Virus record (IMG/VR): IMGVR_UViG_3300045988_053149
Location: 1-35,877 of that record
Source of the DNA: a virus
Direction: 5' to 3' (one strand)
Length of the DNA: 35,877 bases
Part shown: piece after piece, positions 24,022 to 30,814 of the stretch
How positions within the stretch are numbered: the first letter of the stretch is position 1
Layout of the letters: every line of letters begins with the position of its first letter
The notes under the pieces: generated by a model
The model's input: only the letters and a program-made list of their open reading frames with translations
The model's database searches: none
What the model was told of the DNA's origin: nothing
Translations under genes and position numbers: made by a program

Positions 24022-24186
24022 TCACAGTACCGACCCCATCCCGAGCGCCACGCTGATGCCGTCGGCGAGGACGAGCACCGTCCACAGCACAGCCGGGATA
24101 ACGACGTACTCGACAACCCAGCAGAGTACGATGAACCCGACCGCTGCGCCCGCCGCCTTCACGATGTCGTTCTTTGAGATGTTCAT
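24022..24186 (-). CDS. 54-aa hydrophobic membrane peptide
   Basis: Below the track cutoff. The ATG at 24186 follows GGAAAGGAG. MNISKNDIVKAAGAAVGFIVLCWVVEYVVIPAVLWTVLVLADGISVALGMGSVL. Confidence 0.5.
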   Translation of the reverse strand: MNISKNDIVKAAGAAVGFIVLCWVVEYVVIPAVLWTVLVLADGISVALGMGSVL

Positions 24187-24206
24187 TTGAACTCCTTTCC
24201 CTTCCT

Positions 24207-24248
24207 AACTTGCAACTATAGTATATACCTATATACCGTAGTTGCAAG
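24207..24248 (-). promoter_or_regulatory. Candidate internal promoter embedded in a 10-bp perfect inverted repeat
   Basis: Minus strand has TTGCAA (24247-24242), a 16-nt spacer and TATACT (24225-24220). The repeat arms CTTGCAACTA (24209-24218) and TAGTTGCAAG (24239-24248) cover the -35 and +1 regions. Confidence 0.45.
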
Positions 24249-24270
24249 CCAGATTCGGGAAAAACTTCTG

Positions 24271-24669
24271 CTAGTACCAACCCTTCTCGTAGGCAATGCG
24301 AAGGAAGTCACCGCGAGCATCGTGGTATGCGGCCTTGGTTACTAGCGAAAGCCCCATCGCGTCCATGTACTCATCGACGTCCTTGCCGTCCTCGTACTCG
24401 CACACGTCATCGTCAAGGCCAAAGCAGCTGAGCACGTCCCAATCGCCCTGCCAGTTGATGTGGTACTCGTGGTTGCCCATCTCATAGAAAAAGGCGTCGT
24501 ATGCATGCTCGTAGTCCGCGATGAACTCGCGCTTCGCATCGTCCACCGCATGAAGCTCGCTCAGGACGTAATCGAGGTCGCTCTTAACAAGGGAAAAGCC
24601 GAAAAACTTCCAAACAAGGAGTGGCCCCCAGCTGTTCAAAGGCTGGAGGCCACGAGAGAAAGGAGCCAT
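24271..24669 (-). CDS. Hypothetical acidic protein (132 aa)
   Basis: ORF track entry. The ATG overlaps the upstream TGA (TGATG). Confidence 0.55.
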   Translation of the reverse strand: MAPFSRGLQPLNSWGPLLVWKFFGFSLVKSDLDYVLSELHAVDDAKREFIADYEHAYDAFFYEMGNHEYHINWQGDWDVLSCFGLDDDVCEYEDGKDVDEYMDAMGLSLVTKAAYHDARGDFLRIAYEKGWY

Positions 24670-24989
24670 CACTTGGATGGCGGTTGCATTGTACCACGAA
24701 GGAACCTCCTGAGTCGCTTCGCGGGTGAAGTCCTGTCATAGTGCATGCGCCTCGCTATCGTCTCCCAGCTCTTCCCCTCAAGGAACCGCATGACGGCTAT
24801 CGCCCTGATTCCGGGGTCAGGTATCGTCGCTATGAACGCCATCGCCTCAAGCCTCGCGGACTCCACCGCCCTAGCCTGCCCCTCTATGGCGTCCAGCACC
24901 TCCAGGCTAGGCTCAAGGGCCGCAACCCTGCGGAGCGCGTCCAACTCCGCCTGTAGGCTGCGGGCCTGCGAAAGCTCGCGCTCGGTCAC
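24669..24989 (-). CDS. Sigma-70 region-4-like / phage transcriptional regulator (106 aa)
   Basis: The GTG at 24989 overlaps the DnaC-like stop (GTGA). IPDPGIRAIAVMRFLEGKSWETIARRMHYDRTSPAKRL resembles sigma region 4 / DUF1492-type HTH. Confidence 0.45.
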   Translation of the reverse strand: MTERELSQARSLQAELDALRRVAALEPSLEVLDAIEGQARAVESARLEAMAFIATIPDPGIRAIAVMRFLEGKSWETIARRMHYDRTSPAKRLRRFLRGTMQPPSK

Positions 24990-25825
24990 AGCCCCAGCAG
25001 CTCCTTGGCTGCTGCCGTCCTTGCGGCATACTCGGAGCGCCTGCGGTCGCAGCCGTTGAACGCCACCGGAACGCACATGTCCATGATTCGGCTGTACACA
25101 CGCTGCTCGCCTATCCCGTCTGCCGCCATGAGGTCACGCGGGTTGATGTTGGTCGTGACTATAAGGGGAAGCTTCGAGCGGTAGCGGGCGTCAATCACGG
25201 CGGTGACCTGCTCGGTCATGTACTCTGTCTTACGCTCGGTGGCGAAGTCATCGATAATCAGCAGGTCGAACTTCTGGAGGCCGTCGATGTACTCCTGCCT
25301 ACCCGAGAAGCCGTTCGAGAGCTTGTTCACGATGCGCTGGAAGTTGGTCATGAGGCACGGCGTGCCGTTCTCAATCAGCGCGTTCGCTATACATGCGGCC
25401 GCAAAGCTCTTCCCGCTGCCCACGTTGCCGTATAGCATCAGCCCCGTACCGCTCTCCAGCATCTGCGGGAACTTCTCGACGTAGCGCTTCATTGCGGCCA
25501 TCGTCCTCGCGTCCTTGCCGTCATCGTTGGCGAACGTCCACTCCCGCATCTCGGAGTCTGGGAAGCCGGTGCGGCGCATCCTGTCCACGCGCTGCATCCT
25601 CTCGCGTGCCCTGTCCTCTTCCTTGAGCCTTTCCTCCGTCTCTACCTCACACTTGCACATGCAGTATGGCTTGATGACCCTGCCGCCGCACTCTATCTCG
25701 CACTGCTTGGGCGTGTGGCACTTGCCGCAGTACAGCAGGCCGTCCTTGATGTAGTCGCCCTTGTGCCCTTTCGCGTTCCTCGCTGCTGCCTTTGCCAATC
25801 CCTCGATTATCCCGTTCATTTCCAT
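24986..25825 (-). CDS. DnaC/IstB-like AAA+ helicase loader (279 aa)
   Basis: Walker A LMLYGNVGSGKSF, Walker B LLIIDDFATE, an N-terminal Cys-rich zinc module, and position after the DnaD-like gene. Confidence 0.8.
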   Translation of the reverse strand: MEMNGIIEGLAKAAARNAKGHKGDYIKDGLLYCGKCHTPKQCEIECGGRVIKPYCMCKCEVETEERLKEEDRARERMQRVDRMRRTGFPDSEMREWTFANDDGKDARTMAAMKRYVEKFPQMLESGTGLMLYGNVGSGKSFAAACIANALIENGTPCLMTNFQRIVNKLSNGFSGRQEYIDGLQKFDLLIIDDFATERKTEYMTEQVTAVIDARYRSKLPLIVTTNINPRDLMAADGIGEQRVYSRIMDMCVPVAFNGCDRRRSEYAARTAAAKELLGL

Positions 25826-25840
25826 GATTTTCCTTCCTCT

Positions 25841-26572
25841 CTATCGCTTATTCGGCGCGTACTTGCCGAGGCCGAGAACCTTGTCGACCTCTTCGTCGCC
25901 GGTGCTCTGGTAGTAGTAGTCGGCGTCTACCTTCTTGTTGAAGCCGCTTGATGTTTCACGTGAAACGCCGACTTTATTTCCGCTCCTATCACGACGCGCC
26001 CAATTCCGAATCGTGGCTAGGTGGTTCTTGTAGCTCTTGCCAGTTGATGCCATGTAGGCGCTGAGCCTTTCGACTCTCTCTTCCCAGTCCGTGGGGAACT
26101 CGGCTTTGAGCTTCGCCAAATCTGTATCGCTGAGAAGGACGTTTGAGTATTCGCCGTACTTGTGGCGCGTCTCCTTCTTAGTAATTGATTCTTTAGTATT
26201 TGGTTTATTAGTACTTTGTTGTTTAGTACTTAATTGGGGTTCATTTCCCAAGTTGGAATTTACCAAGTTTGGGTTTTCAAAGCGTGGATAATCGCTCACA
26301 ATCCATACGCACCGCCCCATTCTCCCGTTTTCGTCGCGCTCCCTCGTGCGCGATAGGAACCCGTCGGATTCGAGTTCCTTAATTGCTGACCTTACCGAAG
26401 TCTGGCCGTCTTCCAGTATCGCCTGCAACCCGTTCTCGCTGAACTCCCAATCATCGGGAAGTGAAAGCATCGTGCATAACATCCCGCGAGCCTTGAGTGA
26501 TAAATCGCTCTTGAAAACGTCGTTGCTGATGCACGTGTAGTTTTCCTTGTGCTCCTTGCGTAAAAATGCCAT
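25841..26572 (-). CDS. Replication organizer: N-terminal winged-helix + C-terminal DnaD/DnaB_2-like domain (243 aa)
   Basis: The ATG at 26572 follows AGGTGGTG. MAFLRKEHKENYTCISNDVFKSDLSLKARGMLCTMLSLPDDWEF... and C-terminal SAYMASTGKSYKNHLATIRNWARRD. Confidence 0.7.
   Translation of the reverse strand: MAFLRKEHKENYTCISNDVFKSDLSLKARGMLCTMLSLPDDWEFSENGLQAILEDGQTSVRSAIKELESDGFLSRTRERDENGRMGRCVWIVSDYPRFENPNLVNSNLGNEPQLSTKQQSTNKPNTKESITKKETRHKYGEYSNVLLSDTDLAKLKAEFPTDWEERVERLSAYMASTGKSYKNHLATIRNWARRDRSGNKVGVSRETSSGFNKKVDADYYYQSTGDEEVDKVLGLGKYAPNKR
25953..25966. other. parS-like palindrome GTTTCACGTGAAAC (site C; 16-mer TGTTTCACGTGAAACG)
   Basis: Third perfect copy, in frame as V-S-R-E-T in the C-terminal linker of the replication organizer. 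Confidence 0.8.
26178..26273. repeat. AT-rich patch with six 15-bp-phased short repeats (candidate origin iterons)
   Basis: TTAGTA starts at 26178, 26193, 26208 and 26223. CCAAGTT starts at 26248 and 26263. The local GC drop is obvious by eye. Confidence 0.6.
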
Positions 26573-26588
26573 TTTGCACCACCTAAGC

Positions 26589-26627
26589 GAAAGCCCCATC
26601 ACAGGTAACGGCTGTGATGGGGCTTTC
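26589..26627. promoter_or_regulatory. Perfect 16-bp-stem hairpin in the leader of the replication organizer gene
   Basis: GAAAGCCCCATCACAG-gtaacgg-CTGTGATGGGGCTTTC. On the plus strand it is followed by TATTTTT. The loop region GGTAACGGC (26604-26612) is complementary to GCCGTTACC (26670-26678). Confidence 0.7.
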
Positions 26628-26691
26628 TATTTTTCATGCCATGAAGGCTTGAAAACTATGTCATACAAGGCCGTTACCCTCGCGTTCCTAA

Positions 26692-26720
26692 ATTATATCA
26701 TCAAGATTCCTCGATGTTTA
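26692..26720 (-). promoter_or_regulatory. Candidate extended -10 promoter for the replication genes
   Basis: Minus strand has TAAACA (26720-26715), a 17-nt spacer and TGATATAAT (26700-26692), immediately after the DUF1064 stop codon. Confidence 0.45.
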
Positions 26721-27042
26721 TGTGATTGATAAATGCCATCAGCTTTTTTTTCATCTTGTACTCGGGCGTTTTGAAGCCCTTGCAGTCCTCGACTACCACC
26801 TTGCCGTCTCGGTAGTAGACGAAGTCGGCGATGTACCTCATGCCACGGTATTTCACGCCGTCGCACTCAAAGCTCGGCAGAATCTCGAAGGACACCTGAA
26901 GGCGAAGCCCATGAATCCTTCCAGCTTCCTGCATGTCGCGGAGCTTGACGTATCGCTTCGCCTCCTTGGCGCTGTCGAACTCGATGCCGTCAACGACCGT
27001 CTTCTTCGCGTGGTACTTACCTCCCCGTGCTGCCATAGCCAT
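26701..27042 (-). CDS. DUF1064-family protein (putative resolvase-like nuclease fold, 113 aa)
   Basis: GGKYHAKKTVVDGIEFDSAKEAKRYVKLRDMQEAGRIHGLRLQVSFEILP...YIADFVYYRDGKVVVEDCKGFKTPEYKMKKKL matches the DUF1064 pattern. The ATG at 27042 follows GGAGAGGGG. Confidence 0.7.
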   Translation of the reverse strand: MAMAARGGKYHAKKTVVDGIEFDSAKEAKRYVKLRDMQEAGRIHGLRLQVSFEILPSFECDGVKYRGMRYIADFVYYRDGKVVVEDCKGFKTPEYKMKKKLMAFINHINIEES

Positions 27043-27427
27043 TGTCGCCCCTCTCCGAGTCATCGAGCTCTTCGACGCGCTCGAAACCAACGTAGGCGCA
27101 CGGTATGATAACGAGCTGCGTAATCTTGTCACCGCGCAGAACGTGATATGGCGCGTTGCTATAGTTGTAGAGCTTGACCTTGATTGCCCCCGTGTAGCCC
27201 TCGTCTATGACCTCCTCGGACGTAATGCCGTGCTTTACGTTCAGCCCCGACTTGCTCTTGAGCATACCGACGTAGCCGTGCGGCAGCTGGATGTGAACGC
27301 CAGTGTCGATTACGCGAGAACCCCTCGCTGGAACCATCGCGTCAACCGGCGAGCGCAGGTCTGCCCCCGCGTCCGTCTCATGCGCCCTTACTGGCATGAA
27401 TGCCCATGAGTCTAGCTTAATCTTCAC
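27017..27427 (-). CDS. dut: dUTP diphosphatase (trimeric dUTPase, about 136 aa)
   Basis: RAHETDAGADLRS...GYVGMLKSKSGL...IDEGYTGAIKVKLYN...GDKITQLVI...RGDNGYGSTGR covers the dUTPase motifs. The GTG at 27427 follows GGGAGGGA. Confidence 0.85.
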   Translation of the reverse strand: MKIKLDSWAFMPVRAHETDAGADLRSPVDAMVPARGSRVIDTGVHIQLPHGYVGMLKSKSGLNVKHGITSEEVIDEGYTGAIKVKLYNYSNAPYHVLRGDKITQLVIIPCAYVGFERVEELDDSERGDNGYGSTGR

Positions 27428-27644
27428 GCTCGTCCCTCCCGAAGCTGTATCGTGCGTACCTGACCTTCTGACCGTATCTGTTGAATGCATGCTCTCGCTC
27501 CTTGTGGATGTCGTGCCCATCGTCCCTGAGCGCGAACACGACAGCTGCGAGCCTCGTTATTCCCAAGTCCCTGAACGCATCGACAGGCGTGATGCTGCCG
27601 AACTCGCGTATGTAGTCAAGAACCATCTGCTTTTTACTCGCCAT
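27417..27644 (-). CDS. Small winged-helix DNA-binding-like protein (75 aa)
   Basis: MASKKQMVLDYIREFGSITPVDAFRDLGITRLAAVVFALRDDGHDI. The assignment is tentative. Confidence 0.4.
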   Translation of the reverse strand: MASKKQMVLDYIREFGSITPVDAFRDLGITRLAAVVFALRDDGHDIHKEREHAFNRYGQKVRYARYSFGRDERED

Positions 27645-27658
27645 CGTCTCCCCCCTCT

Positions 27659-27973
27659 CTAAACGTAGTTCCTCCCGATTATCCTTATAAAATCATCGAG
27701 CGACCACCCGTAGTGCTCCATCGCACGCCGCTGCGAGACCTCCTGAAGGTAAGTCTCGAACGGTCGGTTGAAGTGAACCGCGAAGTCGCTCATGTTGTGC
27801 GCTTCGGGCGGCAGGAAGACATAAAGGCCATACTCGATTGATGTCTGGCGGTTCGGCCCATGGAAAACCTCGTGGCGCACGAGCCACGGTTCGCGATGGT
27901 CGTACCAGCGAATCATGACGCCGTGGCGCTCGTCGTACCACTCGCCGCAGCCTAAAACGCTATGCTCTTTCAT
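27659..27973 (-). CDS. Hypothetical protein (104 aa)
   Basis: ORF track entry, translationally coupled to the NinB-like gene. It weakly resembles a small Cys/His phage family ending in ...F...GRNY. Confidence 0.5.
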   Translation of the reverse strand: MKEHSVLGCGEWYDERHGVMIRWYDHREPWLVRHEVFHGPNRQTSIEYGLYVFLPPEAHNMSDFAVHFNRPFETYLQEVSQRRAMEHYGWSLDDFIRIIGRNYV

Positions 27974-28440
27974 CCTTCGCCCTCCACGTACCTCAATCTA
28001 GCTATTTCCTCGCGCGTGAGCACGGAAATGCCCTGCGCCTCGCATTCCTCGCGAACGCCGTCAACCAGACGTGAGAACTCCGTCGAGTCCATGTGACTCG
28101 AACCCTTGTAGATCCGGTAATGCGTGAACTCGCGACCGCCCGCGAAGCCCGTGCCTATTTCCTCGTAATAGCGGAAGTATCCAGACACATCTATGTCGGA
28201 ACGGACGCTCACGACCTCGAATGGCGCATGCTCCTTGAGCATACGGAAGTGAAGTTCTGAGGTCGGTATCCTCAAGACCCTGCCGAGCTGGTTCAACATT
28301 GACCAATAGTAGGCGTTCTGGGTGAGCGTGCGCTTGCGCTTGCGTTCCTTTATCTCGTACAGACGTTCCTTGCCGTCCTGCGGCTGCGAGAACAGCCAAT
28401 GAATTATCTCCTCGGCTGTCCCAATCATGCCACCAATCAT
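27970..28440 (-). CDS. NinB/Orf-family recombination mediator-like protein (156 aa)
   Basis: RTLTQNAYYWSMLNQLGRVL parallels lambda NinB RSLDQNRKLWACLGDV. GSSHMDSTEFSRLVDGVREECEAQGISV parallels QSTSRMRVGEFAELLELIQAFGTERGVKW. Confidence 0.55.
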   Translation of the reverse strand: MIGGMIGTAEEIIHWLFSQPQDGKERLYEIKERKRKRTLTQNAYYWSMLNQLGRVLRIPTSELHFRMLKEHAPFEVVSVRSDIDVSGYFRYYEEIGTGFAGGREFTHYRIYKGSSHMDSTEFSRLVDGVREECEAQGISVLTREEIARLRYVEGEG

Positions 28441-28521
28441 CCAGAGTCACCCCCAATCAGTAACAGATGTGGGGCGTGGAGCCCCATTGATGGAGCACCA
28501 CACCCCACTGTCGGCCAATCC

Positions 28522-28968
28522 CTAGAATGGGATGTACTCATCGTAGGACTCGGGCTGCGGGGCCTCGGCGTATGCCTGCCGGGCGTTCCACTGCGGCGCG
28601 GGCTGCGCCTGCTGTGGCGGCTGGTAGTCCTGCTGCTGTGGCTTGCGGTTCTGCATAAGCTCGATTTCCCGTACGATGATATCGACCTTTGAATGCTTCT
28701 TGCCGTCCTTCCCCCAGCTCGAATAGTGGAGCTTTCCAGTGATTGCGACCTTCATGCCCTTCGCGAGGATGTCGCTCAGCACCGTGGCTCGGTTCCCGAA
28801 CGTCGAGCACTCGAAGAAGTTGGGAACGTCCTCCCACTGCCCCGAAGCGTTCTTGCGGCTGTCATTCACAGCGATGCCGAAGCTCAGCACAGGCGTGCCG
28901 CTTGCCGTGCTGCGAAGCTCTGGTGCCCTCGTCAAATTTCCTACTAATGCGACATGGTTAATGCTCAT
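28522..28968 (-). CDS. ssb: Single-stranded DNA-binding protein (148 aa)
   Basis: OB-fold N-terminus MSINHVALVGNLTRAPELRSTASGTPVLSFGIAVN, a Gln/Pro-rich linker and the acidic tip DEYIPF. Confidence 0.9.
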   Translation of the reverse strand: MSINHVALVGNLTRAPELRSTASGTPVLSFGIAVNDSRKNASGQWEDVPNFFECSTFGNRATVLSDILAKGMKVAITGKLHYSSWGKDGKKHSKVDIIVREIELMQNRKPQQQDYQPPQQAQPAPQWNARQAYAEAPQPESYDEYIPF

Positions 28969-29240
28969 TATTCGACGCCCCCCTTGTCGTTCAGCTCTTC
29001 GAGCTTCTTGTCGTATGCGTCCCCCATGATGTGGCGCATAACGGCGCTGGTGGTCTCGTCACTCCACGTGAGGTATTTTCCCGCCCAGTCAGTGCTCGCC
29101 CTGTTGAGCAGAACGTCCTTGACCATTTCAAGGTCGAATTTCGCCTTCAGCAGATTCTCGAATTCTGCTTTCGTAATCTGAACCGTGTTTTCCATTTTCG
29201 TCGTTCCTTTCTCTACTGTAAGTTGAACCGTGTTTTCCAT
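28968..29240 (-). CDS. Hypothetical protein (90 aa from ATG 29240, or 75 aa from the duplicated in-frame ATG 29195)
   Basis: Two identical SD+ATG+MENTVQ units lie 45 nt apart in frame. The TAATG overlaps the ssb start. Confidence 0.55.
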   Translation of the reverse strand: MENTVQLTVEKGTTKMENTVQITKAEFENLLKAKFDLEMVKDVLLNRASTDWAGKYLTWSDETTSAVMRHIMGDAYDKKLEELNDKGGVE

Positions 29241-29253
29241 TTTTGTCGTTCCT
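29177..29253. repeat. Tandem 45-bp duplication of a translation-initiation region
   Basis: TGAACCGTGTTTTCCATTTT(C/T)GTCGTTCCT occurs at 29179-29208 and 29224-29253 with 1 mismatch. Confidence 0.85.
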
Positions 29254-29257
29254 CTCT

Positions 29258-29764
29258 CTATCTGTCTTTCACGAATACGTAGGCCCTGCAACCCTTGGTA
29301 TCGTTGTAGATGCTCAATCCCGTTATGATGCCGTTCTCGATGCGAACCTTCTCGCAGCGGAACTTGTCGTAGCATTGCATGCGCCCGTTCTTCCAGGGCT
29401 TGACGCTGCACTTCTCAGCAGGAACCCAAATGAACGGTGCTTCGTAAAGCTCGCGCCCGATGCCTAGCATGAACCCAGCCCGCTTGAACGCGTCCGAAGC
29501 GCGTCCCTTCTCTGCTTCCATGTTGGAAGGCGTTCCGTTCGACTGCTTGGCAATCCACTGCTGCTTCTCCGCGTCCCAGACCTCGATAGTGCAGAACAGC
29601 TCGCCGTTGATGCTCTGGTACGAGTCGCGCCACCCCATCACGCCGAAAGTCTCGTCAAGGATGCGCATGTCGCAACGGCTGTCTTTGTAAAGCAGAAGCG
29701 ACACGCCCTTCTGGCTGCACTGTGCCACGCGAACCTCGATTTCGTCTGCCCTCAGCTCGCGCAT
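29258..29764 (-). CDS. Rad52/Sak-type single-strand annealing protein (168 aa)
   Basis: YKDSRCDMRILDETFGVMGWRDSY...GTPSNMEAEKGRASDAFKRAGFMLGIGRELY matches the Rad52/22-family core pattern. Confidence 0.65.
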   Translation of the reverse strand: MRELRADEIEVRVAQCSQKGVSLLLYKDSRCDMRILDETFGVMGWRDSYQSINGELFCTIEVWDAEKQQWIAKQSNGTPSNMEAEKGRASDAFKRAGFMLGIGRELYEAPFIWVPAEKCSVKPWKNGRMQCYDKFRCEKVRIENGIITGLSIYNDTKGCRAYVFVKDR

Positions 29765-29765
29765 G

Positions 29766-30248
29766 TCACTTCACCTGCAAGCTTTCGTTCGTGATGATTT
29801 CGGCGTGCTCGATTTCGCGCCCGTCTTCCAAAGCCGCCTTGATTGCCGTGAGGTTCGGAGTAGGCTCCTTGTGCGTGAGCACATCGTCGGCGTGCTCCTG
29901 CGCCCATGCGACGAAGCTTTCATCGACCTGAACGCTCTTGGCTTTGCGGTAGCTGCAACGCACCTTGGGCGATTCGAACTTTTCACCTTTAAGCGCGTAA
30001 ACGAGAAGGTTCTTGATGCGCTCGGCCTTGTTCTCCACTGCCTTGCGGCGCTGGGCGAGGTTCGCTTCCTCTTCCTTCATTGCCTTCGCTTCGGCGATGA
30101 GGTTCTTGTAGTAGCAGCCGATGTTCTCCACCTTCTGCGTGCGCTCCATCTGCAACTCGTCGAAGCGCTTCTCGTCCTCGATTTCGCCCGTCTCCATGTC
30201 CACGATGGACAAGATGGCGTCATCGATGTCGTAGATGCTCATACCCAT
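29766..30248 (-). CDS. Siphovirus Gp157-family protein (160 aa)
   Basis: An N-terminal acidic helix, a coiled-coil KNLIAEAKAMKEEEANLAQRRKAVENKAERIKNLL, and the C-terminal AIKAALEDGREIEHAEI... pattern. Confidence 0.65.
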   Translation of the reverse strand: MGMSIYDIDDAILSIVDMETGEIEDEKRFDELQMERTQKVENIGCYYKNLIAEAKAMKEEEANLAQRRKAVENKAERIKNLLVYALKGEKFESPKVRCSYRKAKSVQVDESFVAWAQEHADDVLTHKEPTPNLTAIKAALEDGREIEHAEIITNESLQVK

Positions 30249-30379
30249 GTCGTTGCCCCTTTCTCTTTCAGCTCTTCCAGCTCTTCCTCGGTATAGAACA
30301 CGTCTTTTCCCTCGAATAGGCTGTTAATCAGGTCGTACAGAGCCGTCATGTGCTCCTTTGTCGGATTGCCCCTCTCCAT
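30239..30379 (-). CDS. Possible 46-aa ORF overlapping the Cro-like 3' end
   Basis: MERGNPTKEHMTALYDLINSLFEGKDVFYTEEELEELKEKGATTWV. Its stop overlaps the Gp157 start codon region. The SD is weak (GGTGA). Confidence 0.3.
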   Translation of the reverse strand: MERGNPTKEHMTALYDLINSLFEGKDVFYTEEELEELKEKGATTWV

Positions 30380-30593
30380 AATCGTCACCGTCCCCGAAAA
30401 GATAGTCGAGCGTGTAGGTCGCGCCGTTGCGCTCTTCCAGCTCCGATTGGATGGCCATCATCTGGACGAGCCTGAAAGGCTGCTTGCCAGACAATAGGCG
30501 CAACAACGTGGGAACCGACTTCCCGATAACGTCCGCAACGTCTGCGTTCGTCATCCCCGCACGTGCCACCTCGGCTCGTAGATTCTTGAACAT
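30324..30593 (-). CDS. Cro-like XRE-family HTH regulator (89 aa)
   Basis: The HTH is MTNADVADVIGKSVPTLLRLLSGKQ. It is divergent from the cI-like gene and is the first gene of the minus-strand early operon. Confidence 0.65.
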   Translation of the reverse strand: MFKNLRAEVARAGMTNADVADVIGKSVPTLLRLLSGKQPFRLVQMMAIQSELEERNGATYTLDYLFGDGDDYGEGQSDKGAHDGSVRPD

Positions 30594-30647
30594 TCGCTCA
30601 CCCCCTTATGTGCTCGGTGTGCGCACTTTTGTGCTCTAATAATTTCC

Positions 30648-30675
30648 ATTATAGGCAAGAAGTTTCAAAATTCAA
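30648..30675 (-). promoter_or_regulatory. Early (PR-like) promoter for the minus-strand operon
   Basis: Minus strand has TTGAAT (30675-30670), a 16-nt spacer and TATAAT (30653-30648). Downstream are candidate operators: TGTGCTC direct repeats at 30609 and 30630 and the GTGCGCAC palindrome at 30619-30626. Confidence 0.55.
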
Positions 30676-30728
30676 TAGGTTTTTCTAAAAATGTTAAAAC
30701 TTACTTTCACTTTTTGAACACTTTAGTG

Positions 30729-30758
30729 TTTACAGTGCACACCTATAAATTATATAAT
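30729..30758 (+). promoter_or_regulatory. Promoter for the cI-like/integrase operon
   Basis: TTTACA (30729-30734), an 18-nt spacer and TATAAT (30753-30758). It overlaps the inverted repeat AACACTTTAGTGTT (30717-30730). Confidence 0.5.
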
Positions 30759-30814
30759 TATCTCAGCAAACGTGGTAACACCAACGTTTAGCGGGGAAAG
30801 GAGTCGAATTTTGG

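Noticed and set aside
26178-26273. Short phased repeats (and the 45-bp duplication at 29177-29253) as CRISPR arrays.
   Set aside because: The repeat units are 6-9 bp or only two copies. There is no repeat-spacer architecture and there are no cas genes. Both lie within coding sequence.
26589-26634. The 16-bp-stem hairpin as a simple minus-strand terminator ending the upstream operon.
   Set aside because: On the minus strand the stem is preceded by an A-run rather than followed by a U-run. The U-run is on the plus strand, so it is treated as a leader structure or antisense terminator instead.
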